The position numbers and the translations under genes are program-made. A DNA stretch of 64,000 nt from Cladosporium halotolerans (Eukaryota). Below the pieces are notes generated by a model. That model was not told the DNA's origin and did no database searches. It saw only the letters and a program-made list of their open reading frames with translations. Position 1 is the stretch's first letter. Every line of letters starts with the position of its first letter. This document shows positions 21,389 to 33,713 of this stretch, in pieces. The stretch covers positions 930,001-994,000 of the forward strand of contig NW_027191454.1 of assembly GCF_011745625.1 (NCBI RefSeq), read 5' to 3'.

Positions 21389-24300
21389 ATGGCCGGCGCC
21401 AGCGACTTCCACATGTCCAGCGCCGCCTTCGCAACCCCACCAGCGCCCGCCGGCGCCGTGCCCCAGCAGCAGCAGTCGCAGGCCGCCGCCGGCGCCGCAG
21501 GCAACTCCAACAACAACCAGCCCGGCCACCAGCGCACATACCAGGCCTGCATCCCGTGCCGCCGCCGCAAGGTGCGCTGCGACCTGGGCTCCGTCGACAA
21601 CCCACACGACCCGCCGTGTCTGCGCTGCAGGAGGGAGGCCAAGGAGTGCTTCTTCTCCGCGACGCGGCGCAAGAAGAAGACCGACGGCGGCCGCGACGGC
21701 GTGTCCGAGGAGCCCGACGCCGACGACGCCTACGAGATCAAGACCGGCCGCAAGCGCCTGCGCGCCTCGACGCTCGACTGCGAGGACGACGATCCGTATG
21801 AGGATGCGCCGCGCACGCCCGGCGGCTCCATCGGCCGCACGCAGCCCTTGAGGAGGCCCGAGGGCCCCAAGCCGCTGCAGTATGGCGAGGAGGACTTCAA
21901 GGCCAGCGACCAGATGACGGCCATTTTGCAGGCGAGCGAGGTGCACAGCGGACACGACGCGCTGAAGGTGCTGTACGAGGCTGCCGTGCGCGGCAGGACG
22001 GGCAGCTCGACGAGCACGCAGCGCCCCAGCCTCAATGGGCCGTCGCCGGTAACGTCCTTCCCGGCTGCCACGAGCCCGGCGGACCGCGTCGCGCAGCAGA
22101 CGAATGTCACGTCTGGCGGCCGCATGTCTTCGTACTCGAGCGAGCGGAAGTGGAAGGCCAAGGTCGAGTCCGTGGACGGCGAGACGACGATCGCGCCGGA
22201 CCCCGTGCATGTTGCGTCGGCGCTCAAGGCGTGGTCGCGCTACCGGTTTGTCCGCCAGGGCTGGTTCACGGCGAAGGAGGGCATGGCGTACATCGAGTAC
22301 TTCTACAAGTACTGCGCGCCGCTCACGCCCGTCGCCTTGCCGGACTTCAGATCGCCCGAGCACCATCCCAAACTCCTCTCGACGGAGCCTATGCTGTCCG
22401 TCACTATTTTACTGACCGCTTCGCGCCACATGGAGCTGGAGGGGCCTGGCAATCAGAGTCGACCCTACGTGATCCACAACAAGCTTTGGACTTATTTGCA
22501 GGGCATGGTAGACCGCCTGGTCTGGGGCCAGGAGCAGTTCGGCGGAGGCTTCTGCGGTGCTGGCGCGGAGCCTAGTAGCGATGTTAATCCGCTGTCTCGC
22601 AAGGGCTTGCGCACGCTCGGCACCGCCGAGTCTCTTATCTTGCTCACCGAGTGGCATCCACGCGCCATGCATTTCCCTCCGGATGAGGATGACGACGACC
22701 TCATGACTCCCGAGTGCGCCATTGCCACTCCCGACCCAGAGACCGGCGACGACATACCGAAGGGCATTGGTGGCCAGCGGATGGACTCCTGGCTCGAGCC
22801 ATGCTGGCGCAGCGATCGTCTGTGCTGGATGCTGCTTGGCATCGCCATGTCGCTGGCTTTCGAGATCGGAGTCTTTGACAAGAGCGACTGGCAGAGACAC
22901 GCGCGCACCGCGGCCGGCCTACCCCTTTCCGCAGACGAGCTGTACGCCTACGACAAGCGGCGTGCCGGCGTCCGCGACTTACTGCTGGTGAACGTTACTT
23001 TGACTAGCGGTCGTCTGGGCCTGACTTCCATGCTCCCGAACAACTACAGCAAGCCCGAGGACAGCGATTTGTGGAAGCGCCAGCTCGGTCAGCACGATAG
23101 TATTCAGGACACGGTACTTCACTTTTGGCTGCGCATTGCCGCCACGCTGAGGGAGGGTAATGCGAAGATCTTCGCGAACAAGGCATTCACGAGGGATTTG
23201 ATCAAAAATGGAGACTACAAGGCTTCGCTTGAGCAGATCCTTGCGCCGTTCTTGGAGTGGCGTAAAGACTTGGAGCAGTGCGTGTCTATCCCGAAGTACA
23301 TGCGCTACATCCTGGAAATTGAATACGACTATTGCCGGGTGTATCTCAACGCGCTTGCTTTGCAGGCTGTCGCCGAGCGCTGTGCGAACGAGTATCCGGT
23401 GCAGATTGTCGGACAGGCGGCCGACCACGTCCGTGCTGTTACGACGAATGGCGTCCGAAGCGATGTGGCAATCACGCCTCAGACTCTGTCGAAATGGCTT
23501 GGTGGTGATAGGAAGTATATGATCGAGGTCCGCGATGCCGCGTGCCATCTCTTGTCCGTGGTCGTGGACGGCCTGGTACCCAGCAATTACCTCAAGCACG
23601 CTCCAGTCCGCTCGTACTTCCGCATCATCAGCGTTTGCATCATGCTGCTCAAATCATTCTCGCTCGGCGCCAGCGAGGCCGACATCGCCGACGCCCTCAA
23701 GCTCATGGACAAGACGGTCGAAGCTCTGCGCACCTGCATCGTCGACGACGTGCACGTCGCCAGCCGCTTCGCCGACCTCCTCGACACCCTCACGCAGAAC
23801 CTCAAGCCCCGCCTCGTCCGCTTCACCGCCGACGGCCGCACCGTCCTCGCCCGCAGCCAGCGCGAAAGCCAGCTAGGCACCCCTCTCTTCCCCTACAACC
23901 AAAACGGCCAGGACGGCCAATCCTACTCCGCCCAGCAGCAACACCCCGGCACCGACACCGGCGCCGGCGCCCTCCAGCACACCTGGTCCTCTTACAACTC
24001 CGACGGCCAGCCCCACCCGCACCAAAACTCCACCTCCAACAACAACAGCAACAACACCTTCAGCCTCAGCGCCGACAACTACGACACCCTTCTCAGCCCC
24101 GGCGACAACTCCGCCGCCTTCTCCGCCATGCCTCCGCCCTCCTTCGGCCTGCACTCCCCCGCCGCCGGCACGCACCCCAACGCCTCCGACGCCCACAACC
24201 TGCCCGCCACCAACAACAACGGCGCCGGGCCCGGCAGCATCTCCTCCGACTACAATGGCGCCGGCGGCCAGTTCGCGACGCCTTTCGGCGACGACCTCCA

Positions 24301-24478
24301 GGACTGGCTGGCGCTGCCGCTCGATCCGCTGCTGAATATCTCGGGCGCGGACGTCAACCAGACCATGTATGGGCCGGAGCTGGGCGGGCAGGATATGCTG
24401 GAGTTGTTGCTGGCTGGCAGCAGTGGGGGTGGGGGGCAGGGGGGTGGGGAGGAGGTTAGGAGGGCTTGGCATGGGTGA
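21389..24478 (+). CDS. ARO80: Zn2Cys6 transcription factor, Aro80-like
   Basis: RTYQACIPCRRRKVRCDLGSVDNPHDPPCLRCRREAKECFF closely matches the Aro80-type Zn cluster. Fungal TF middle region (LTEWHPR, WRSDRLCWML). First ATG at 21389. Confidence 0.85.
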   Translation: MAGASDFHMSSAAFATPPAPAGAVPQQQQSQAAAGAAGNSNNNQPGHQRTYQACIPCRRRKVRCDLGSVDNPHDPPCLRCRREAKECFFSATRRKKKTDGGRDGVSEEPDADDAYEIKTGRKRLRASTLDCEDDDPYEDAPRTPGGSIGRTQPLRRPEGPKPLQYGEEDFKASDQMTAILQASEVHSGHDALKVLYEAAVRGRTGSSTSTQRPSLNGPSPVTSFPAATSPADRVAQQTNVTSGGRMSSYSSERKWKAKVESVDGETTIAPDPVHVASALKAWSRYRFVRQGWFTAKEGMAYIEYFYKYCAPLTPVALPDFRSPEHHPKLLSTEPMLSVTILLTASRHMELEGPGNQSRPYVIHNKLWTYLQGMVDRLVWGQEQFGGGFCGAGAEPSSDVNPLSRKGLRTLGTAESLILLTEWHPRAMHFPPDEDDDDLMTPECAIATPDPETGDDIPKGIGGQRMDSWLEPCWRSDRLCWMLLGIAMSLAFEIGVFDKSDWQRHARTAAGLPLSADELYAYDKRRAGVRDLLLVNVTLTSGRLGLTSMLPNNYSKPEDSDLWKRQLGQHDSIQDTVLHFWLRIAATLREGNAKIFANKAFTRDLIKNGDYKASLEQILAPFLEWRKDLEQCVSIPKYMRYILEIEYDYCRVYLNALALQAVAERCANEYPVQIVGQAADHVRAVTTNGVRSDVAITPQTLSKWLGGDRKYMIEVRDAACHLLSVVVDGLVPSNYLKHAPVRSYFRIISVCIMLLKSFSLGASEADIADALKLMDKTVEALRTCIVDDVHVASRFADLLDTLTQNLKPRLVRFTADGRTVLARSQRESQLGTPLFPYNQNGQDGQSYSAQQQHPGTDTGAGALQHTWSSYNSDGQPHPHQNSTSNNNSNNTFSLSADNYDTLLSPGDNSAAFSAMPPPSFGLHSPAAGTHPNASDAHNLPATNNNGAGPGSISSDYNGAGGQFATPFGDDLQDWLALPLDPLLNISGADVNQTMYGPELGGQDMLELLLAGSSGGGGQGGGEEVRRAWHG

Positions 24479-25055
24479 GTGATGTGGAGGGTGATATTGA
24501 TGAATTGAATTGGGGGACACAATGCGGTCGATGCTTCTGGACCTTACAATGGGTTTGGCTGTCTGCTTTATTTTTCTCAAGACTTGTCTGCGGGTTGGAT
24601 GGATCCTCCCGATGCTGTTATTTTTTCCTTTTTTCTTTTTATGATCACGACCAAAAACAAGTCGACAGACCCCACAGGAAGGGCTGCGAGCGAGAGAAGG
24701 GCTGTAAGGACCTGAAAGGAGAGACGAACGGAGAGGCCTGCTGCTTTTGTTTCTTTTCTTGCTCTGCTTCTCGCAAACCCGCGGCTGCTGCGATGGGCTG
24801 TATATCCGCGCTGCCACGCCTGATTTGGCTGGCGCGTTTTGAGGGCCAGGCTGTCAGCTTTTATCACACTATTGCGCCAGACTCAGCAAACAATGGGCTG
24901 AGCCGAAGGTCACTCGCCTTAGCTAGCGCCTTGAATAGGCTATTGCAGCTTTTCAATGAGGACTCTAGTTCCTCCAAAAGAAATCAAACTTCGATTCCAT
25001 CACATCAAGCTCCGCGCGCCCACCCTGCTTGCTTGCTTGCTCTCCCCCTGCCCAC

Positions 25056-26226
25056 TCACTTCCCAACCGAATACGTCGCCCCCAGCCTCTCCATCAAATG
25101 CTCCCGCGCCGTCATCCCCGCCCTCCCCCCTCCCCCTCCCAAACCTCGCTCCCGCGCATGCGCCCGCACATCCTCGCTCGGCACCGCTTCCAGCGCCGCC
25201 TCGTCCAGCGGGTGGCAGAAGTACGCCAGCGAGTACCGGTCCGCCGGCGCGGAGCCCCGCGGGAACACGACGCGGTGGACGGTCGATTTCAGCAGGCCGC
25301 AGGTCCACTGTCGTTCGTCAGCACAGTCAGAGGCGATGGAAGGGTGGATGAGTACGCACGTCTTCGAGCAAGTCCCCGATATTGACTAGAATCGGCAGCA
25401 GCCCTCCCTCCTCCCCAGCAGAGTCCCCGAACCCGACCCCCTCCCACTTCCCCTCCGCGGTCCGGATTTCCAAGCCGGGCTGGCCCGGGAGCCGGAACAG
25501 CAGCGTCAGGCTGCCGAAGTCGCTGTGCGCGCCTGCGCGGAGGTCGAGCTCCTCGCCCTCGTTTTCCGCTTTCTGCGTTTCCTCGGGAGACAGGGCGGGG
25601 TAGTACAGCATGCGGAAGATGCTGCCTGTCGGGCCGAGAGAGGCGTCGTGCCGGGACGTGAACCAGTCTGGTGGGGTTGCGAGGGCGGCGGAGAGGTGGG
25701 AGAGGAGGGTTTGGCAGAGGGTTTGGCAGGAGGTTTGGAAGGTTGTTAGGAGGGGGGCGTGCGGGGCGAGGGGCGAGGGGAGGGGTTGGGTTGGGGCGTT
25801 GGTGGGGGAGGAGGGTGGGGCGAGGTTGAAGGCTCTGGTGAAGGGGAGATATGTTAGGATCGATCGTTTGGACTGCTGGTATGGTTATTAGGGTAAGGTA
25901 GAGTGGGTGAGCAATTACTCTTTGACATCGGCCCTCTTCTGCGTCCCCGGGTCCAGCTTCTCGACGCCTCTGCTCAGCCACCCGAGGTTCTTGCCCGCTT
26001 CGTTGGAGGCTATGGCGGCGGTTTGCTTGACTTCTACGGGTGCGGCGAAGAACTCTTTCGAGATCTCGAACATTTTTGCGATGTCTTGCGGCGGGATGCC
26101 GGTTGCTGCGTTGTTCTCGACGAACACGAAGCCGTATTTGGAGGCTGCTGATAAGAGCTGTTGGGGCGCGTCGGGGTTGGAGGGCGAGATGTCGATTATT
26201 GGGATGGAAGCGTTTGAGGACGCCAT
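25056..26226 (-). CDS. 2-oxoglutarate/Fe(II)-dependent oxygenase (IPNS-like); exons 26226-25919, 25834-25360, 25307-25056
   Basis: IPIIDIS...YGFVFVEN N-terminal domain, AHSDFGSLTLL (HxD), VNIGDLLED/WTCGLLKSTVHRV (distal His), RYS 2OG-binding motif. Two canonical introns. Confidence 0.9.
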
Positions 26227-26630
26227 TTTGGATGGGTTGCCCAACTGGACACTGTGTGGTAGTGGAGTGCTTTTCTAAGAGTGAAGATTGATTGTCGCTT
26301 TGATCAGATGGATAAAGCTATGAAGTGAGGGTGTGTAGTCAACTCTCGGCCGAGATACCGCCGACGTGCATATGATCGAGATGCTTGGTAGGTAGTACAT
26401 GTCTCTGCGATTGCATTCTTCTCTTCACGAGAGAAGCGCACGGTGAGGTGCCGACCATAAAAGCTTGGATGTACTTCTGATCCGATCCCTTGAAATGGCA
26501 ACAAAGAGGACATCGGTAGTGAGAATCGTCTGATCGCAGACTACATGAGGCAATGAGCATCGCTTAGATTCCGATATTACAAACACCATCTTTCCTTCTA
26601 CCCTTCCATTCTCCCCAACCCTTTCACCAT

Positions 26631-29235
26631 CTATTTCTTCTTCTTCGCAATCCTCTTCAGCGCCCTCGTCTCCTTCTTCATCCTCGAATCCACCATCTTA
26701 TACTTACCCTTAACACCCCTCGGCCTGCCCTTACCCTTATTGAACCCACCAGCAACGACCAGCTTCGGCTGCGGCTTCTTGTTCGTACCCTTCTTCGCCT
26801 TCGCCATGAGCTTCGCAATGTTGCTCGCCTTATCCTTCTCACTCAGATCATCGCCCTCCGCAAGACCCTCGCTCTTCTTCTTGAGCTTCTCGACGCGGCG
26901 CGCAGCGCGCATCGTCTTGCGCGCCTTGGCCTCGCGCACCTTCTTGATCGGGCGCGCGTTGAGCGCCTTCTGCTTCTCCTTGATGGCCGCCGCGGCCTCC
27001 TTGCTGATGGGCCGCTGGCTGCGCGAGTGCTGGTTCTCGTCGTCAAGGAACCACTCCGGCAGACCGTCGACATCGCGCAGCGCGTACTTGTTGAAGTTGT
27101 CGTCGAGCAGCTGCTGCTTGGTCACCTTGCCCGTCGCCAGCTGGTGCGCGAGCGTCATGGCCTCCGCGGTGATGATGTCGATGTTGGGCCGGCCGCGGTT
27201 GGCCTCGGCGTCTTCTTCGTCTTCCCACTCGAGGTTTTCTTCGGGCGCGGTGTTGACTTCTTCGATTTCGGAGTCGGAGGCGTCGTCGTCGTCTTTCTCG
27301 AAGGCGGCGTGTTTGCTGGCTTTGGTGGGCTTGGCTTTGGGTTCGGGTGAGGCGGAGTTCACGTCGACGCCGCTGTCTGATTCGACGGGTTCGTCCTCGT
27401 CTGCGGGCTCGTCGATGCCTCCGATGTCCTTGAAGATGTCTTGGTCGAAGAAAGACGCGGCACGGTTTGTGAGGCCGTCTTTGCGGGCTGCAGGCTTGCC
27501 TTGAAGGTCCGTCATGAGTCTGTCGCCGTCCTCGTCATCCTCTTCGTCTGATGATTCGTCGTCGTCCTCTTCCTGCCTGAGTCCGGAGTCGCTGTCCGAT
27601 TCCTCGCCCTTGTCAGAACCGAAACCCTCAAACTCCTCCTCGTCTTCGCCTCTAGACTTCATGCGTGCACGCTTAGCCTTGACCTTTGCACTCCTATCCT
27701 CCCTCTTCTCTGTGTATTGCTGGTACATGTCGTCCAGCTGTGCTTCAAGGCGATCGCCATCCTCATCCTCATCTTCCTCCTCGTCGAACGCACTCTCCTG
27801 CTGCTTCTCAGGCTCCTCCGCAGTATGCATCTTCGCGCGGCTGAGCTGCCTGGCGATTCCTGACTTGTCCACGTCCCTCAGTTTGAAGGTATTCTCGCCG
27901 TTCTCCGCAGCTTCAATACCAATGTCGGTTGGTGTGATCATGTGCATCTGCAAGCGTGTGATCTCCTTCTGCTTCCGCTCGTTCTCCTTCCTTCGCTCCT
28001 TTCGCTTCGTCTTGTCGGCCATCTCCTTCATGCGCTGGATCTCCTGCTGCAGCTTCAGCTCCTCGTCCATCGATTCGACGGTGACGCCCTCTCCTGCGCC
28101 CTCAGCAGCAACATCGTCCGCGGTGCCGGTGACAGTAGTACCTGTCGAAGTAGGACCGCTAGGTTCTTGCTTCTTCTGCCTAAGACCAAGCATACCACGC
28201 AGCTTCAGACGCCACCTCAGAAGCGTCTTGAACTCCTTCCTACCAAGCACCTTGAGGTCGTCGCAGCACAGCCTGATTTCCTCCGTTGTCTCAGGAATGC
28301 CCTGCACGATCTTCAAAATCTTGTCATCGTTACCCTCCTCCCGAAAATGCAGCCGGTTCATGCCACCGAGCATCTGAATCGGATCCTCGTCCTGGATGAA
28401 ATCGCTGACCGAGGCCTCGTGGAACTGTGTCCAGTCGCCCTCCTCGTAACCCTCACGCTTCCTCTTCTTCTTCTCCGGGTTGAACACCTTCGCCTCCATG
28501 TTCGGGGCCTTCTCTTTCACTTCGGCGAACGCATAGTTGGCGTCCAGGAATCGCGGGTCCAGGTTCTTCGGCGCCTTGTAGCCGCGGCAGACGTAGAACG
28601 TCTCGGCGGAGACGTTACGCGACGAGGGCGGCTTGGTCTGCTCGACCTTCTCGAACAGTTGCTTGAACACCCACTCCAGCTTCTGACTGTCCTTGGAGCG
28701 GAAGACCTTGGTGACGAAGTTGCCGTTGGGCGCGAGGAACTCGGTCGCGAGCTTGAGCGAGGCGAGCACGAGCTCGTTCTGCGAGAAGGCGTCCTGGACC
28801 CAGGCGGTACCGACGTTGGGCGCGCCGTCGTGGATGACGGTGTCGGCTTTCCAGGTCTTGAGGTGGCCGCGGATGGTCGCGCGGCACTTGTCCGTCGTGA
28901 TGTCGCCCTGGAAGGAAATCGTCTTGGGGATGGGCTTGATGGGCGAGAGATCGACGCCGATGATTAGGGATTTGACCGGCATCGTCTCGGCGGCGACCTG
29001 CATCCAGGAACCGGGAGCGGCGCACAGATCGATGAGACATCTCGACTGCTGCAGGAAGCCATATTTCTTGTTGAGCTGGACGAGCTTGAAGGCGGCACGG
29101 GCGCGGTAGCCCTTCTCTTTGGCGAGATGGTAGTACTTGTCCAAACGCGCCTTCGCGTTCTGTGAGGGTGGTGAGTTAGTATTTGTCGTAGTCGGAACAA
29201 TACTCAGCGTATCTCACCTTCTTGTCGATCGCCAT
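26631..29235 (-). CDS. SPB1: AdoMet-dependent 25S rRNA 2'-O-methyltransferase Spb1; exons 29235-29218 and 29159-26631
   Basis: [60 protein letters not shown], and the Spb1 C-terminal domain ([28 protein letters not shown]). Confidence 0.96.
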
Positions 29236-29816
29236 GCTTGCCCAGCGTAGACCGTCGGTGCGGTTTGCAGACGAGCAGAGAAAGAGGGCGCTGGCTAAGG
29301 AAATTCCAGACCGAGGGCTCGCTCGCGCCAGGAAGGGAAGGTCGGCCAGAAAACTTCACTCTCCTCTAGCGCCGAGGGGCGATCGCCCGCCCCGCTGCCG
29401 CGCGGGCCGACTCCATGGTGGGCCTGCCACGCTTCGACGACGTGCAAAAGTATCGAGACACGATGGTCACGGGAGAGCAAGGTAAGATGATCAGGAAACC
29501 AGTTTTGATCCTTTTACACGGTGTTCTTGTCGGACTATAAAGAATACCCTCACCTCAACATACACCGTCGCAAGCAAATCCGAGACCTGCTACCCAGCAA
29601 ATTGATGCTGAGATTGAAGTCCAGTTATTGCCTATTCTGATAGACTCGCGCTCGGTGACATCACAACGACGCGCGCGAACAGCAAGCTTCGCGACTTGAT
29701 GGGAAAGGTACTTTATCCCTCATGGCTGGCCTGCACAGCAAAACCTACATCGCTGCCGACCCTCTACTGACTGTTTGCAGCGCAAGCGTGAGGCTCTGCG
29801 CGACGTGCTTGCGCTC

Positions 29817-32585
29817 ATGGCTCCAAGGCGCAAGAAGTCGCGCCAGAATGCTGAGGCGCCAATCGAACAGTCAGCTGACACCAGCCAATCATCACCGGAC
29901 ACGCAGATGCGAGACGCGCAAGGCGGAGCGAAGCAATCGAACGAACTCGCCAATACGACCCCTTCCGATGCACCTAGCACGATTCAGTCAAGCGACTCCA
30001 ATCCCAAGCCTTCCAGGGGCAGCTGGTATGGAGGTTCGTGGCGACTAAAGGCCTCGCCGCTCACCGAAACCGCCCGCGAGTCGATCTCTGTCGCACAAGG
30101 CGTGACGTCGGAAGCGCTTGCGGAAGGTGGACGGCAGATCGCGGAGGCTTCCAAGAGACCTGGGCATTATGTTGCGAGAGGCATGCGAGGCAGTCGGAAG
30201 AGCATACCTTTGGTCGCCGAGACCACAAAGACTCACGCGACTACTGACGCCGGCGATAAGAGTCGGCCCAGGTTGGGATCTCAAGAGAAGTTGAAGGGGT
30301 TTGACGGAGTTGAGGAGAGCAAGGGTGGGGTGGCCACTGCTATAGAGCGCAAGCTGTCGATCGAGGAGGCACCTCTTCCACCCGAGCCTTTGCCTACACC
30401 GGACACCACAGGAGCGGAAGACACCAAGAGCACAGCGAGTAGTCAGCGGCCACAGTCTGGGGCTTGGTTCGGGTGGTGGTCACGCCCGGATGGGTTTGAC
30501 AGCGATCGGCCCAAGATGGACGAGGACAACAAGCGGCTCGATGAAGCTACAAGTACGCCCCTTCCTGGGACTCCGAACAACGAGGTGGAGGCTACGAACC
30601 CTCCACAGGGAAATGAAACCAATGGTCAAGCCACTGAGCCCAATCAAGGTTTGCAGCCTGATATGACCAAGGTCACGGGCTCGACGAGATCTTGGTTTGG
30701 CTTGTGGAGCAGTGCACAGAACGAACAGGCCGCCGTTGATGAGCAAGCGACTAAAGATCCAAACGATAGACAGCCGCCAGAGATCACCATATCTGCTGAC
30801 GGCACACCAGAGTCAGTCCAGGACGCCAAACAAGATGACAAGCCTGATCTCGGTGATCGACCAACACCTGCCGGTTGGGCTTTCTGGTCAACAGATAAGT
30901 CGAAGACACCAGCGGCAACCCCGGGTGGTACACGCAAACAAATTGGCGAACTCGCCGTTGCCGATACTCCTAGCCAAAGCCACCCCGAAGCTGCACAATT
31001 CAACGAGCAGCGCGAAGCGCCAAAGACAAAGCCCAAGCGAGCCGGTTCACTCCTGGGTCGTAAGAGAACCGCCGACAGAGTAGAGCAATCTGGGGAGTCT
31101 TCATCATCAACGCCTGCCGTGACTCCACGTTCGAGTACTCCCGTCGGTGGTCAGCCGGCGAAGGAAGAGACAGGTCTCAAGGCAGCACAGCGCGCGAAGA
31201 CTGTACCTCAAACCCGGCCTAATCTGATCCTGCCTTCATTCTCAACCACATATCCGACCCTTCCTAACCCATCTTATCTGCAGCGGGTCTCACAATATGT
31301 CGCTGAGACTTTGAGGATTACCGATCCCCTATCTCACCCACCACATGTCTTCAAGACTCCGGTGAAACCCAAGGTCAAGAAGGCCATCTCGTTAGGCGTG
31401 CATGGCTTCTTCCCTGCGCCACTCATACAGAAAGTCCTCGGTCAACCAACGGGAACATCGATACGCTTTGCCAATTACGGTGCTTCCGCCATCCAGTCTT
31501 GGTGTGAAGCTAATCAGCCCGAGATCAAGGATGTAGAAATCGAGAAAGTAGCATTGGAAGGCGAAGGCCTCGTCTCAGATCGAGTCAGCACCCTCTGGAA
31601 GCTAATGCTCAACTGGCTTAGCCATCTCCGACAAGCAGACTTCATCTTGGTAGCCTGCCACAGTCAAGGTGTCCCTGTCGCCATAACACTCATCGCAAAA
31701 CTCATTCAGCTCGGCTGTCTCAGCCCAAACGCCCGCATCGGCATCTGCGCAATGGCCGGCATAAACCTCGGCCCCTTCCTAGAATACCGCTCCCGCCTCT
31801 TCGGCGGCAGCGCCCTCGAACTCTTCGACTTCTGCGACAACAACAGCAAAGTCTCGCGCGCCTACGCCGAATCCCTCGACATCTGCCTGCGCCACGGCGT
31901 GCGCGTCACCTACGTCGGCAGCCTCGACGACCAACTCGTCAGCCTCGAAAGCAGCCTGCACGCGCCCCTGTCCCACCCCTACGTCAACCGCGGCCTCTTC
32001 GTCGACGGCCGCCTGCACGCCCCCAACTTCCTCACCCACCTCCTCGTCTTCGCCCTCAAGCTCCGCAACCGCGGCGTCCCAGACCACGGCCTCATCCGCG
32101 AGCTCTCGGCCCCGCTCGCCGGCAGCCTCGTCGGCGGCGAGGGCCACTCCCGCGTCTACGACGACCCCGCCGTCTACCGCCTCGCCATCGACTTCGCCCT
32201 CGAGAGCTCGAACGCCTCCCCTCCCCCGCAAGAGACGCCGGGCAAAGACGCCGCCGCTTTCGACCGCCGCTCCAGCGCCGCGGGCTACCCCTCGTCGACC
32301 GCGGCCGCGAACAGCATGCGCCGCGGCACCATGAGCGAGGCCCACACGCTGCCGGGCATCGGGGCCGTCATCGCGCCGTACGAGCCGCCGCCGACGGCGG
32401 GGAACGCGAATCCGTTCTACTTGCCATGGGCGGTCCGCGGGTTGTTGGAGGAGGAGTTGGTGAAGAGGGAGATGATGGAGGAGGTTAGGGAGTTGGTCGC
32501 GGAGTTTGAGGAGTGGAAGCCGACGAGTAAGGTGTTGAGGGATGTCAGGTGGAGGTTGGAAGCTGTTAAGGGGATGGTTGCGTGA
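29817..32585 (+). CDS. YML020W-like conserved fungal protein (disordered N-terminus, alpha/beta-hydrolase-like C-terminal domain)
   Basis: KKAISLGVHGFFPAPLIQKVLGQPTGTSIRFA, VACHSQGVPV (nucleophile-elbow-like), GEGHSRVYDD, NPFYLPWAVRGL. Confidence 0.8.
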   Translation: MAPRRKKSRQNAEAPIEQSADTSQSSPDTQMRDAQGGAKQSNELANTTPSDAPSTIQSSDSNPKPSRGSWYGGSWRLKASPLTETARESISVAQGVTSEALAEGGRQIAEASKRPGHYVARGMRGSRKSIPLVAETTKTHATTDAGDKSRPRLGSQEKLKGFDGVEESKGGVATAIERKLSIEEAPLPPEPLPTPDTTGAEDTKSTASSQRPQSGAWFGWWSRPDGFDSDRPKMDEDNKRLDEATSTPLPGTPNNEVEATNPPQGNETNGQATEPNQGLQPDMTKVTGSTRSWFGLWSSAQNEQAAVDEQATKDPNDRQPPEITISADGTPESVQDAKQDDKPDLGDRPTPAGWAFWSTDKSKTPAATPGGTRKQIGELAVADTPSQSHPEAAQFNEQREAPKTKPKRAGSLLGRKRTADRVEQSGESSSSTPAVTPRSSTPVGGQPAKEETGLKAAQRAKTVPQTRPNLILPSFSTTYPTLPNPSYLQRVSQYVAETLRITDPLSHPPHVFKTPVKPKVKKAISLGVHGFFPAPLIQKVLGQPTGTSIRFANYGASAIQSWCEANQPEIKDVEIEKVALEGEGLVSDRVSTLWKLMLNWLSHLRQADFILVACHSQGVPVAITLIAKLIQLGCLSPNARIGICAMAGINLGPFLEYRSRLFGGSALELFDFCDNNSKVSRAYAESLDICLRHGVRVTYVGSLDDQLVSLESSLHAPLSHPYVNRGLFVDGRLHAPNFLTHLLVFALKLRNRGVPDHGLIRELSAPLAGSLVGGEGHSRVYDDPAVYRLAIDFALESSNASPPPQETPGKDAAAFDRRSSAAGYPSSTAAANSMRRGTMSEAHTLPGIGAVIAPYEPPPTAGNANPFYLPWAVRGLLEEELVKREMMEEVRELVAEFEEWKPTSKVLRDVRWRLEAVKGMVA

Positions 32586-32989
32586 GAGGGGAATGTTTGA
32601 CGATGGCGTTTTTGGGTCCAGGAGTTTTGGACGGCGTTTGAGAAGCGTGAGCGTTTCTCTTGAGCGTTCGGCTTGGGTTTGGAAGAAGGACAGTGGCAAA
32701 GCAGCCCGCATACATTCGACACATGATATACTAGTATTGCTTCGAGCGGTTCGGTTTGGTGACACTACTGTGTTGACATTGGAAGATGGTTGCTCTAATG
32801 ACAAACAGAAACATAGATACGGTCTATCAACGCCCCCACTACTCAATACCCTACACACGTCCCCCAGCATCACATTCCCGACCCAGATCCGCGGAAAGAC
32901 GCGCCTTGCGCCTTGAACCGCGCCCCCAGTCCCAACGCCTCTCAGCATCAACCTCGCATCCACCCCTTCCTCCACCTCATATCCAGACA

Positions 32990-33208
32990 TCAACGCCTGG
33001 CTCCGCCGGTCGACATTTCCAGAGGCATCGCACATCCAGATCCACTTTCGAACTCCCGCGTGGTGCGCGCATGATCAGGCTGCGGCGCGTGGTGGCAGCA
33101 CGGCTCTTCGTGAGACTTTCTGTCTTTGTGGTCGGATAGGCCCTTGCTGACGGATCTGGCGGCGTAGGCGAGGCTGCCGTATTTGATGGCTTGTTTGAGG
33201 AGGGGCAT
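32990..33208 (-). CDS. Small hypothetical protein (72 aa)
   Basis: ATG in a strong context (ACAACCATG) after a CA-rich leader, with a TATATA element near 33357-33362. N-terminal amphipathic stretch LLKQAIKYGSLAYAARSVSKGL. Confidence 0.5.
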   Translation of the reverse strand: MPLLKQAIKYGSLAYAARSVSKGLSDHKDRKSHEEPCCHHAPQPDHARTTREFESGSGCAMPLEMSTGGARR

Positions 33209-33713
33209 GGTTGTGCTTGTGTTGGTGAAGTGGATGTATTTGATAGTGGACTGTTGTAAATGTTGGTTTGGTCGTAGATGCAGTTAATGATGAGTTGGAA
33301 ATGTTGTAGTGGTGTTGGAAAGGAAAGAGCAATGTGTATGGATTCCATCGCGCATCTATATACCTTTCTTACGGCCTACAAAAGTGCAACTTCCGGTCCA
33401 TAGTGTTGGCTATGCAAAGCAGTTTCGCTGATCACTACATCCTAGTTGCCGGTTTATTAGAGTTATTGAAGTTCGGTATCGGATCGCAACGTGATTGGCT
33501 CTGAGTCCGAGACCGAAAGCGAGTTGCGCAAGATCTGGCCCAAATGTACACATCAACGGGATCATCTCGAAGGCTGAGCCAACAAGGTTTTCAGCCGCGG
33601 TCCGCAGTATGAGTGGACCATTTCAAAGTTGGCGTTGCTCCCTACTTTTGCAGCTCTCGGTCTCGGTATCAGAGTCCTAGGTCGTAATCCGAAGATCCGG
33701 AATGAAGTACGTG

